From: an uncultured Eubacteriales bacterium
Lineage (GTDB): Bacteria; Bacillota; Clostridia; Oscillospirales; CAG-272
Direction of reading: 5' to 3'
Assembly (NCBI GenBank): GCA_934365155.1
Contig: CAKRMZ010000002.1
Coordinates: 36,645-100,644 of the forward strand
Length of the DNA: 64,000 nt
Shown here: one piece after another, positions 48,052-57,112 of the stretch
Numbering within the stretch: position 1 is the first letter of the stretch
Layout: each line of letters begins with the position of its first letter
Position numbers and translations under genes: made by a program
The notes under the pieces: model-generated
What the model saw: the letters and a program-made list of their open reading frames with translations, nothing else
Told to the model about the DNA's origin: nothing
Database searches by the model: none

Positions 48052-50819
48052 TTTTCATCCTCGGGGTTTGTTTCTTCTGCAGTTTGAGGAGCTTCCGTGT
48101 TTGAAAATTCCGTCTCGGCAGGCTCAAATGCGGAAGCGTCTGGAGAATCGTCCTCTAAATTGATGCTCGGGAAAAAAGCGGCCGGCTTTAGGACGCGCGC
48201 ACGGCGTCTTCTTAAAGCTGAGGAAATAATCCATGCGGCAGCGAGCAACACGATTCCTCCGGCGGATACCATCGCTCCGATGATTACGCACTTCGGCATA
48301 TATCGCAAGGTAATTGTATGCTCTCCGGTGCTTATCTGTTCGGCATCAATTGCCAAGAGCGCGCCTAAATTGCGTGTAATCTCAACCGGAGTTCCGTCAA
48401 TTTCCACATGCCAGCCTTCATCATACGGAATCGATGTGAAAATTGCATTTTTCTCTTCGGTTACGGTAATGGTGCCGTTGATATGGGTATCGTCATAGTC
48501 GGTGATCTGAATGGGATTGCTTCCGATCTTCTCCATTACATCCGCAAAAACCTTTTCATCCAAATACCAGAAATAGCTGCATTCCGTTCTATAATATACT
48601 TCTTTGTCTTCCAAGAGCTCCATGGTCACATACATATATTGTTCGGCATGGTTATTTCCCAGCGACATGATGCGCCGTCCTTCGTTCCCGAAATAATTTC
48701 CCAGTGAAACCCCGTTTTTCAAGATTTTGGTTTCGCGGTGATATGAGGTAGGGAAATAAAGATACATTTCATTGTCATTGGGGACGTGAATTTTATATAC
48801 GATCTTGGAGGTTTTGCCGTTATCGGCACTTTTGACGGAGATGTGATTTTCAACATAGGAAACCGTGCAGTTTTCATAATTGGTATCCGTCGGTTGAACC
48901 GGTACAAATAAATTTACCGGTTCATCCAGTCCTAACATTGCGCCGCAAAGTGCGTTCATTCGATCCATCGGTGTGTTATATGCCTCAAAATCAACAGTCA
49001 GCATTTTTTCATTCGCGGCGTATAGAATTGCTTGGCAATACGGGTTTTCTACCGTGAATATATCGTCGTTTTTATACTCTGTCGTCTGATACAGTCGGCT
49101 GACATTGCGAGAGGAATCTGTGATCACATATTTGATTCCGAGCAAGGAGTCGGATACCGGGGTTCCGCCGAGATATTTCGACCAATGGGAACGGGAGGCA
49201 TAGCCCATATTACACAAAAAGTCAATTACCGAGGCATTGAGCGTTGAGGTGGAATTAGAAAGTCCTTTAAAGCCTAAGGCCATCGGGTCATTTACTTTGC
49301 GGTGAATCGTCTTTTCCATCCGAAACAGACCGGTGTCTTCTTCTTGAATGGTGTCAACCATATCCTGAAACCGCAGCACAAAATCGCGATAGGTCGAACG
49401 GTCGGAAAATACAACATCTTTATCCAACTGCTGCAAATTATAAAGACCGGATAAAAACAATTCAAAGCACAAAATAATAGCAATTACCGCTCTGCCGCTG
49501 GCTCCCAAATTATCTCTGTGCTGGCAAAGCAAGGCCAAAGCATAAACAAAAAGCATTAAGAGTGACAGCCAGATCGTTGCAAAATCAAGAACAAAGCTGT
49601 AATGCAGCTTTTGTACAATCATGACAACAAAGGCTAAAATGGCGCAAACCGCGACGGTTTTTCGATATCGTGTTTCTTTCAGCCGTATAAAGGCTTCGTA
49701 GGAAAGCAAAATTACCATGGCACAAAAGATGAAGCTGTAACGGTAATTCAGCCAATTCGGCCTTGACATTCCATGCCAGAAAATATCGATGGTAGACAGA
49801 TTGAAAGAAACAACCAACACTCCGAGGAGAATAGCAGATCCGATTTTTTTCTTGAGCGGAATTTCTTTTGATGTAAAATACAGCGGGAGCATAATCAGGC
49901 AAAGCACACTGCAGTAAACAATGGGAAGGCCTTCGGGCTGTACCGTATCATAGGCGGACGGCAGCATTTTGACAAACAAATCCAAAAAGTCAAATTGCTG
50001 ACTGGGGCCATAATTGGTATCCTGAAATCCCGTTTTTCCGAAAGTAAGGGAGTAATACGCCGGCAGAATAATAATTGCGGCAATCATGACGGCAATGCAG
50101 GAAAACAGTGCAAAACGCCATGCAGCGGAAAACATTTTCTTGAAATTATCCGCCGCGTAATTTGAAAAATAGTAATAAATTGCATAAATTGCACTGAAAA
50201 TACCGACCATATATCCGATATAGAAATTCGTGATAAAAGTTGCGGCAAGACAGATGCAATATAGTCCGAAGCGGTGATGATCGATTAAGCGTTCAATGCC
50301 GAGCAAAACCAGCGGGAATAAGATTAGCGCGTCCATCCACATCACGTTCATGGACTGTACCACGGTGTAAGACGTTAAAGCGTATATGGTCGAAAAAATA
50401 ATAATGTTGATTTTTTTGGAGGGATGAGCTGTTTGCAGATAAATTCCAAAGCTTAGTCCCTGGCAGCCGACCTTTAAGAGGATGATTAAAAAAAGAGCCT
50501 CGGTAATCATATCCTCCGGGAACAGGGCAACCAAAATCGAAAAGGGGCTGGACAAATAATATGCGAACATTCCCAAAAACTCTCCGCCCAGCGCGCGGCT
50601 CCAAGAATACAGCAGACTGCCGCCTTTGAGGATAATATCTCTTAAGCCTTGGAAAAAATATACATACTGCCCGTTCAAATCCAAAACCAAAACCGAATTT
50701 TCACCGAAGGGGAATACTTCCATTGCCGCATAAATCAAAAACATCAGGATCAGCGGAAGCAAAAAGGCAACAGAAAGGTAACCGTAGGTTTCGAAAAAGC
50801 GTTTGAGGCGGCTTTTCAT
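48048..50819 (-). CDS. yfhO: YfhO family membrane protein (GT-C-like extracytoplasmic glycosyltransferase)
   Basis: A 923-aa protein with about 14 N-terminal TM helices starting FPFGENSVLVLDLNGQYVYFF, a large extracellular domain, a final TM and an acidic tail. Confidence 0.8.
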   Translation of the reverse strand: MKSRLKRFFETYGYLSVAFLLPLILMFLIYAAMEVFPFGENSVLVLDLNGQYVYFFQGLRDIILKGGSLLYSWSRALGGEFLGMFAYYLSSPFSILVALFPEDMITEALFLIILLKVGCQGLSFGIYLQTAHPSKKINIIIFSTIYALTSYTVVQSMNVMWMDALILFPLVLLGIERLIDHHRFGLYCICLAATFITNFYIGYMVGIFSAIYAIYYYFSNYAADNFKKMFSAAWRFALFSCIAVMIAAIIILPAYYSLTFGKTGFQDTNYGPSQQFDFLDLFVKMLPSAYDTVQPEGLPIVYCSVLCLIMLPLYFTSKEIPLKKKIGSAILLGVLVVSFNLSTIDIFWHGMSRPNWLNYRYSFIFCAMVILLSYEAFIRLKETRYRKTVAVCAILAFVVMIVQKLHYSFVLDFATIWLSLLMLFVYALALLCQHRDNLGASGRAVIAIILCFELFLSGLYNLQQLDKDVVFSDRSTYRDFVLRFQDMVDTIQEEDTGLFRMEKTIHRKVNDPMALGFKGLSNSTSTLNASVIDFLCNMGYASRSHWSKYLGGTPVSDSLLGIKYVITDSSRNVSRLYQTTEYKNDDIFTVENPYCQAILYAANEKMLTVDFEAYNTPMDRMNALCGAMLGLDEPVNLFVPVQPTDTNYENCTVSYVENHISVKSADNGKTSKIVYKIHVPNDNEMYLYFPTSYHRETKILKNGVSLGNYFGNEGRRIMSLGNNHAEQYMYVTMELLEDKEVYYRTECSYFWYLDEKVFADVMEKIGSNPIQITDYDDTHINGTITVTEEKNAIFTSIPYDEGWHVEIDGTPVEITRNLGALLAIDAEQISTGEHTITLRYMPKCVIIGAMVSAGGIVLLAAAWIISSALRRRRARVLKPAAFFPSINLEDDSPDASAFEPAETEFSNTEAPQTAEETNPEDEK

Positions 50820-51072
50820 ATTTTAAACCCTCCATCCCAAAAAGTGCAAACGTTTTTGAAGAAAATGTTTTCTAATCAATATATAAGGTGCACTCAGAAT
50901 TTTTAAATGAAATATCCGATAAGGAATATACGCAAAAAAACTTATCTCAAATATTATAGCACTTTTTCTTCGTTTTTTGCAATAGTAAAGCGGTGCTTTG
51001 CTGTTTTTTTCAAAAGTTCGCAAGAGGTTTATGTATAAACTTCCCATCCTTGGAATTGTTCACAAAATATAC

Positions 51073-51101
51073 TTGCACAAACTACCGAAAACAAGTATAA
51101 T
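51073..51101 (+). promoter_or_regulatory. Candidate sigma-A promoter far upstream of rnj
   Basis: TTGCAC, 17 nt, TATAAT. It would give a leader of about 320 nt. Confidence 0.45.
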
Positions 51102-51426
51102 AAAATAGAAATGTTATCGATATTCATCTTAAATAAGAAGCTTTTCCGTAATTTTACGAATTAATCTGTATTTGGGTAATGTTTTTTTACAGAATTCTCT
51201 GCTGCTTGCAATTCTGTATTACATATAATATTGATCATAAAAAACAGAATATCCATTGCATTAAAGAGGATGATTCTTTCTTAAGGCATGTATTGTTTTT
51301 TGCATTTTTATCGGAATATATCCTCAAAATCTACCCTACTTAAAATACAACGCAACCGCTATGCCCTTTTTTAGATTTCGTTTGCAAGACGGAACTCGGC
51401 TCAAGGTTTGCGAGAAAAGGAGAACT

Positions 51427-53376
51427 ATGACAAAAGTAAATTCAACAGTTTCAGAATCCGCCGACTCGGTTCAGAAGACAAAACCGACGCAAGGCACGAA
51501 AGAAAAAACAGCAGCGCGGCGTACACGCCGGAATCCGGCAGAAAAAAAACCGATAAATGCGGTTTTTTCAGCTCCGGCAAAAACACAAAAGAACAAAAGC
51601 GCAGGAAAATCCAAAAAAGAAATGATTTCGGACAGTATGGTTCCGCCGCTTTTGCCGAAGAGAAACGAAAACAAAAAGAGTCGGTCGAAAAGATCCAAAA
51701 AACGTTTTCCGGCCGGAAAACTTAAAATTATTCCGCTGGGCGGACTGAGTGAAATCGGGAAAAATTTGACAGTAATCGAATATGAAAACGATATTATTTT
51801 GGTCGATTGCGGTATGGGATTCCCGGATGATGATATGCTCGGAATTGATCTTGTAATTCCCGATATTACCTATCTTGAAAAAAATGCCGACCGCGTGCGT
51901 GCGATTTTTTTGACGCACGGGCATGAAGACCATATCGGCGGCATCCCCTATTTCCTTAAGAAAATCAATGTGCCGATTTACGGAACACGGCTTACACTCG
52001 GAATTTTGGAAAATAAATTAATTGAGCACGGCCTTGATAAAAAGGCAAAGGTTATTTGTGTCAATGCCGGCAGTACAGTGCATTGCGGGTGCTTTGACGT
52101 GGAATTCATCCATTCCAATCACTCGATTGCCGATGCGGTCTGTCTGGCCATTTCCACTCCGTTCGGAAAAATTGTGCATACCGGAGATTTTAAGATTGAT
52201 GTTTCGCCGGTGGAAGGCTCTATGATAGATATCGCACGTCTGGGACAAATCGGCAACGAAGGTGTATTGCTTTTAATGAGTGATTCTACCAATGCCGAAC
52301 ATCCCGGAAATACGCCGTCGGAACGGACGGTCGGAGCCTCTTTGGATGAGATTTTTGAGCGTAATAAAACCAAACGGATTATTATTTCCACTTTTTCTTC
52401 CAATGTTCATCGCGTTCAGCAAATTATCAATGCTTCCGTCCGTTTAAACCGTAAGGTAGCAATTACGGGACGCAGTATGATCAATGCGGTCGGGGCCGCG
52501 ATTCGTCTGGGATATATGAATGTTCCGGACGGAGTCTTGATCAATATTAACGATATCAGCCGGTACAAACCCGATCAGCTTACCCTGATCACCACGGGCA
52601 GCCAAGGTGAATCGATGTCGGCACTGTATCGGATTACCTTTGACGATCATGATAAGGTGGAGCTTGGAAAAAACGATCTTATTGTAATCAGTGCCTCTGC
52701 CATTCCCGGAAATGAAAAATCGATCGGAAAACTGATTAATGAACTGATCCGCCGCGGCGTAACGGTTTTACATGATGCCGTCGCAGAGGTTCATGTTTCC
52801 GGTCACGCTTGCCAGGAAGAAATAAAGATGATGATGGCGCTGACCCGACCGAAATATTTTATGCCGGTTCACGGTGAATACCGTCATTTGCAGGCCAATC
52901 GGGAGTTGGGTTTGTATATGGGCATTCCGGACTCCAATATTTTCATTTCCGATATCGGAAAGGTTCTTGAAATTGATCGTGACGGTGCCAGACTCAACGG
53001 TACCGTTCCCTCCGGCCGCATTTTAGTTGACGGTTCGGGCGTCGGCGATGTCGGCAATGTAGTTCTGCGTGACAGGCGGCATTTGGGCGAAGACGGCGTG
53101 ATTATCATGACTTGCACAATTAATTCCACAACATCTGAAATTGTCGCCGGACCGGAAATTTTCACCCGCGGATTTGTATATGCACGCGAATCGGAAGCCC
53201 TAATGGAAGAAATGAGTGAAATATCTCTGAATGTTCTGCAAAAATTTATTGATAACAATCGCTGCAACGACTTCAGTCAAATGAAAAACAAATTGAAAGA
53301 GGAGCTCGGTCGGTTTATTTATGCGCAAACCAAACGTCGGCCGATGGTGATGCCTATCATTCTCAGAATGGAATAA
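51427..53376 (+). CDS. rnj: Ribonuclease J with ~110-aa Lys/Arg-rich N-terminal extension
   Basis: The core begins LKIIPLGGLSEIGKN, with THGHEDHIGG and beta-CASP and C-terminal domains. AAAGGAG RBS before ATG 51427. Confidence 0.9.
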   Translation: MTKVNSTVSESADSVQKTKPTQGTKEKTAARRTRRNPAEKKPINAVFSAPAKTQKNKSAGKSKKEMISDSMVPPLLPKRNENKKSRSKRSKKRFPAGKLKIIPLGGLSEIGKNLTVIEYENDIILVDCGMGFPDDDMLGIDLVIPDITYLEKNADRVRAIFLTHGHEDHIGGIPYFLKKINVPIYGTRLTLGILENKLIEHGLDKKAKVICVNAGSTVHCGCFDVEFIHSNHSIADAVCLAISTPFGKIVHTGDFKIDVSPVEGSMIDIARLGQIGNEGVLLLMSDSTNAEHPGNTPSERTVGASLDEIFERNKTKRIIISTFSSNVHRVQQIINASVRLNRKVAITGRSMINAVGAAIRLGYMNVPDGVLININDISRYKPDQLTLITTGSQGESMSALYRITFDDHDKVELGKNDLIVISASAIPGNEKSIGKLINELIRRGVTVLHDAVAEVHVSGHACQEEIKMMMALTRPKYFMPVHGEYRHLQANRELGLYMGIPDSNIFISDIGKVLEIDRDGARLNGTVPSGRILVDGSGVGDVGNVVLRDRRHLGEDGVIIMTCTINSTTSEIVAGPEIFTRGFVYARESEALMEEMSEISLNVLQKFIDNNRCNDFSQMKNKLKEELGRFIYAQTKRRPMVMPIILRME

Positions 53377-53422
53377 AACGAAATAAAAATTCGACAAATC
53401 TTAGATAAAAAAAGAGGGTCTC

Positions 53423-55750
53423 ATGAAATTACAACAGGCAGATATCGTCAGCTTCGGAAAATTTAATCAGTGTAAATTTGACTTTTCTGACGGGATGAAT
53501 ATTGTCATGGGCGAGAACGAATCCGGGAAAAGCACCTTGCTTGCTTTTATCCGATATATGTTATGGGGCTTTTCTTCCAAGGCTGATCGCGTTCGATATT
53601 TGAATTTTCATACCGGCTATGCTGCCGGAAACCTGATGTTGGATTGCGACGGGATCGAATACCGTATTGAACGGAAAACACTGCCGGTCGGTGACGGAAC
53701 GGACGATAAGCAAAGCTATCGAGAGACCGTCAAGCTGATTGATCTCTCCACCGGCTCCGTCTTGCCGAAAATCAAATCTCCGGGAGAATATTTTTTCGAT
53801 GTTGATGAATCGCTTTTTACGCAATCCTGCTTTGTGGCGCAGTTGGATACTTTAGAAGTCGGTTGCGGTGATATCATGCAGGCCATTGAAAACATCTTAT
53901 TTTCCGCAAGTGAAGAAATCAGTGTAAAAAAAGCCCGCAAGCGGCTGGATGCTGCCCGTGTGCTTCTTCTGCACAAAAATGCAAAGGGAGGCATGATTGC
54001 GGATCTGAGTGATCAACGGGATCGGATATACACCGCTCTGGAGCAAGCCAAAAATCAAAATATTGAGCGCCAGCAAATCGAAAGCGCGCTGTGCGGCATG
54101 AAGCAAAAAAGAGATTTTAATCGCGAGCAGAAAATTCTCCGCAAGGAAAAATTAGATGCATGTGCGTTGTTTGCCGATTGGCAGGATTATCAGACCGGAG
54201 TATCGCTGAAGAAAAAATATGACGATGTAATCCGAAGCCAAAACGTGCTTCGGGATGAATTTGCGCAAAAGGGTTTCACGGCAGAGACCGTAGATGAAAC
54301 GTATTTGCAAAATCTTCAAAAAGCCAAGTTGGAATACCAATTTGCGGAGCGCAGTTTGCAGGATACACAAGCTGAATATGCTCTGTGTAAAAATCAATAT
54401 GAAGCGCAAAAAAGTCGTTACACGCAAGTTTATTCCGATATGGATCCCGACGTCTACAAAAAAAGCCTTGAAGAACTGAGTACCGTAAAAAAACGCAGGA
54501 AGGCATGTGTTTTCGGTACTTGTATCTTGGCAATCCTTTTGCTTTGCTGTCTCGGCGGTATTTTCATTTTTCGTCCTTTGCCTTTTCCCGTTTCCGTAAT
54601 TCTGTCAGGTTTTGCTGCCCTTTTCGGCATCGGTGCTTTTGTTTCCTTTTTCGGTGTGCTTCGGTGCCACCGCAGACAAAACCGGATTTTTGAAATTTTT
54701 TCGTCGGTTCCGTCCGATGGATTGGAATCTCATGTGAATCAGGCTTTTCAACACAAAGCGGAAATCGATCGTCTCGAGGATACGTTGAACCGACTTTCAA
54801 AAAGGCAGGAAGAAAAGCAAAGAGATGCAAATGAAAAAGCAGAGATTGTTCAGCATATTCTGCAAAACGCAGGAATTCAAATCGATATTACATCAAACGA
54901 TCCGGATCAGGTGGAAACGGAGATTCGATCCTTCTTAAAGGCACAGCAGATATTGCGTGCCGAAGCGGAAAAATACTTACTTGCTTATCAAAATATTATT
55001 TTGCCGGAATCCTTTTCGCCGGAGCACGCCAGCGAATGTTTGGCTGCTTTTTCCCAAAAATATCCGGAGGTTGATTTGAAAGCAACAGACACGGTTGTAT
55101 TAAAGCGGGAATATGATTTTTATACTCAAGCCGGCGATATGCTGGAAGAAAAAATTGCGGAGGCCGAGAAAAAAATTGCTGCGCTTTCGGCAATTGCGGC
55201 AAATCCTGCGCAGCTGCAGGAAGAACAGACTGCACTGGAGGACCGCATTCAAAAGCTTTCTCAAAGGCACGCTGCTATTGTCGCCGCAGACGAAGCGTTG
55301 GCCGAAGCCAGCCAAAAGCTGCAAAACAGTGTTTCGCCGCGTCTTTCCGAAATGTCCGGCAGCTACATGAGTGCACTGACGGACGGAAAATATACTAAAA
55401 TCGGATTTAATTCCGATTACTCCCTCAATTATTTTGACGGTACCGAGACACATGATCTTGTCTTTCTAAGTCAGGGCAGCAAGGATGCTGCCTATATCAG
55501 CCTGCGGCTTGCGCTGGTTCGGCTGATTTATCAAAAGACACTACCGCCGCTTTTTTTGGATGAAAGCTTTGCCCGTTTAGACAACGTACGGCTCAAAGCA
55601 GTATTGCGCTTGCTTGCCGAAAATCAAAAGGATTTTCAAACCTTTATCTTCACTTGTCATGAGCGTGAAAGTATTGAGGCGGAGCAATTTTCAAAGGTTC
55701 ATGTTTTACATTTGAACAACGAATCCTCCGAATTGTGCGGAACAAAATGA
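53423..55750 (+). CDS. YhaN-like AAA/SMC-type ATPase with central transmembrane hairpin
   Basis: N-terminal Walker A GENESGKST, long coiled coils, a central hydrophobic pair (CVFGTCILAILLLCCLGGIFIF / VILSGFAALFGIGAFVSFFGVL), and C-terminal LSQGSKD plus LFLDESFARLD. Confidence 0.7.
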   Translation: MKLQQADIVSFGKFNQCKFDFSDGMNIVMGENESGKSTLLAFIRYMLWGFSSKADRVRYLNFHTGYAAGNLMLDCDGIEYRIERKTLPVGDGTDDKQSYRETVKLIDLSTGSVLPKIKSPGEYFFDVDESLFTQSCFVAQLDTLEVGCGDIMQAIENILFSASEEISVKKARKRLDAARVLLLHKNAKGGMIADLSDQRDRIYTALEQAKNQNIERQQIESALCGMKQKRDFNREQKILRKEKLDACALFADWQDYQTGVSLKKKYDDVIRSQNVLRDEFAQKGFTAETVDETYLQNLQKAKLEYQFAERSLQDTQAEYALCKNQYEAQKSRYTQVYSDMDPDVYKKSLEELSTVKKRRKACVFGTCILAILLLCCLGGIFIFRPLPFPVSVILSGFAALFGIGAFVSFFGVLRCHRRQNRIFEIFSSVPSDGLESHVNQAFQHKAEIDRLEDTLNRLSKRQEEKQRDANEKAEIVQHILQNAGIQIDITSNDPDQVETEIRSFLKAQQILRAEAEKYLLAYQNIILPESFSPEHASECLAAFSQKYPEVDLKATDTVVLKREYDFYTQAGDMLEEKIAEAEKKIAALSAIAANPAQLQEEQTALEDRIQKLSQRHAAIVAADEALAEASQKLQNSVSPRLSEMSGSYMSALTDGKYTKIGFNSDYSLNYFDGTETHDLVFLSQGSKDAAYISLRLALVRLIYQKTLPPLFLDESFARLDNVRLKAVLRLLAENQKDFQTFIFTCHERESIEAEQFSKVHVLHLNNESSELCGTK

Positions 55751-55788
55751 TTTTTTCTTTTTAAAATTGACATTCCGTTTTACAGGAT

Positions 55789-55835
55789 AAAACAGGAGAG
55801 GTCTCTCTGTGAAGAAGAGACCTCTCCTGTTTTTT
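55789..55835. terminator. Bidirectional intrinsic terminator
   Basis: AAAACAGGAGAGGTCTCT-ctgtgaaga-AGAGACCTCTCCTGTTTTTT. Confidence 0.85.
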
Positions 55836-56379
55836 ATTGAATACGGTATTCCTGGTAGACCTTGCCGTTTAGATCCTTCCAGAGGAACACCCCGTTTTCG
55901 ACGGTCATGTATCCGTGTGGACTGTTTTCTTTCGGAATGGAGACGGAGCCCGGATTCATATAGATAAAGTTTTCATGTTCAATGCATTTCGGAACATGGG
56001 TATGCCCGCACAGCAAAATATCGCCGTGATGCAGGGGAGGAAGCTTTCCCTCGTTAAACACATGTCCGTGCGTTGCGTAAATGATTTGATTGCCGATATC
56101 CAATACGGCATAGTCCGCAAGAATCGGGAACTCAAGCACCATTTGATCCACTTCGGTATCACAGTTTCCTCGAACGCAGAGAATATCCTCTTTCATTGCG
56201 TTCAAAAGCGGAATCAGGGTCTTGGGAGCATATTCCTGCGGCAGATCGTTTCTCGGTCCGTGGTAGAGAATATCTCCGAGTAAAATAAGGCGCGATGCCT
56301 TTTCCTTTTGATATTGTTCAATGAGCTGTCGGCCGTAGAAAGCGCTGCCGTGAATATCCGATGCAATCATCCATTTCAT
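55834..56379 (-). CDS. yfcE: YfcE/MJ0936 family metallophosphoesterase
   Basis: MIASDIHGS, LGDILYHGPRN, RGNCD, THGH and CGHTH motifs. AAGAGGA RBS before ATG 56379. Confidence 0.85.
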   Translation of the reverse strand: MKWMIASDIHGSAFYGRQLIEQYQKEKASRLILLGDILYHGPRNDLPQEYAPKTLIPLLNAMKEDILCVRGNCDTEVDQMVLEFPILADYAVLDIGNQIIYATHGHVFNEGKLPPLHHGDILLCGHTHVPKCIEHENFIYMNPGSVSIPKENSPHGYMTVENGVFLWKDLNGKVYQEYRIQ

Positions 56380-56453
56380 AGATGAAATCCTCTTTTCTAT
56401 GATATTTTTCAATCAATTCCCGATTTTCCCTATGAGTCGGGAGCGATATTAGC

Positions 56454-56482
56454 AAAAAAAGCACGCTTCGACGTGCTTTTTT
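56454..56482 (-). terminator. Terminator downstream of tRNA-Gly
   Basis: AAAAAAAGCACG-cttcga-CGTGCTTTTTT. Confidence 0.65.
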
Positions 56483-56483
56483 A

Positions 56484-56557
56484 TGGAGCGGGCAACGGGA
56501 GTCGAACCCGCCTAATCAGCTTGGGAAGCTGAAATTCTACCGATGAACTATGCCCGC
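56484..56557 (-). tRNA. tRNA-Gly (anticodon CCC), CCA encoded
   Basis: The reverse complement GCGGGCATAGTTCATCGGTAGAATTTCAGCTTCCCAAGCTGATTAGGCGGGTTCGACTCCCGTTGCCCGCTCCA folds by hand into a 74-nt cloverleaf. It has a 7-bp acceptor stem, a TTCGA T-loop and the anticodon loop TT-CCC-AA. Confidence 0.9.
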
Positions 56558-56574
56558 CTAAAATAGTATGCTTT

Positions 56575-56603
56575 ATTATATCACCGGTAAAGCAAAGTTT
56601 CAA
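56575..56603 (-). promoter_or_regulatory. Promoter of tRNA-Gly
   Basis: On the minus strand: TTGAAA, 17 nt, TATAAT, about 17 nt upstream of the mature 5' end. Confidence 0.6.
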
Positions 56604-56692
56604 TATTTTTCCGAAAAAAACTGTTAAAAAATTACAGTTGTGGAATGCGTGTATGCAGTATGCATACGGTTACGCAAAAAAAGTGTCACCTC

Positions 56693-56721
56693 TTGTCAAA
56701 ACAGATAAAAAATGGTATAAT
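56693..56721 (+). promoter_or_regulatory. Promoter of the riboswitch-led surface-protein operon
   Basis: TTGTCA, 17 nt (ending in TGg), then TATAAT. Confidence 0.6.
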
Positions 56722-56745
56722 ACCTCTAATTGAATAGTTACGAGA

Positions 56746-56929
56746 AGATACGGTTTGAAAAGTTGTAAGCTGAGTAGATGAAAAGGAAATCCGGTTCGAA
56801 TCCGGAACAACCGCCATTACTGTATTTGACGAGATAAAAAACACAAAAAAGCACTGCGGTCAGTCTGTCCGTGTAAAATGTTTTTGTGAACGATCCGTTG
56901 TATCATAAGTCAGGATACCTGCCGTATCT
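56746..56929 (+). promoter_or_regulatory. Cobalamin (B12) riboswitch aptamer, somewhat divergent core
   Basis: P1 is AGATACGG (56746-53) / CCGTATCT (56922-29). The core AAAAGGAAAUCCGGUUCGAAUCCGGAACAACCGCCAUUACUGUA follows the pattern AGGGAA..GGUG.GAAUCC...CCGCCACUGUA. The 3' B12 box AAGUCAGGAUACCUGCC resembles E. coli btuB ...GAAGACCUGCC. Confidence 0.8.
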
Positions 56930-56960
56930 TTTAGGTTTAACACAGCTTTGGTGAGAAGAG

Positions 56961-57014
56961 TGCAACCGTTTTATTGCCGCACGTCGGCGTCGGGTTTGCA
57001 TTCTTTTTTGTTTT
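56961..57014 (+). terminator. Riboswitch expression-platform terminator
   Basis: TGCAACCG...GCCG-cacgt-CGGC...CGGGTTTGCA followed by TTCTTTTTTGTTTT. Confidence 0.65.
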
Positions 57015-57112
57015 AGATTCCCGATGTTTTCGTGCCGTAATAAAAGGGTGATAGGTTCTTTTGAGAGAAACCGAAGTGAGAAAATTTTCTATTCGGTAAG
57101 GAGGGATATGTA

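Noticed and set aside
50823-51047. 74-aa minus-strand ORF upstream of yfhO
   Set aside because: It is an AT-rich intergenic sequence with no RBS and a Phe/Ile/Lys-rich product typical of a random ORF in AT-rich DNA.
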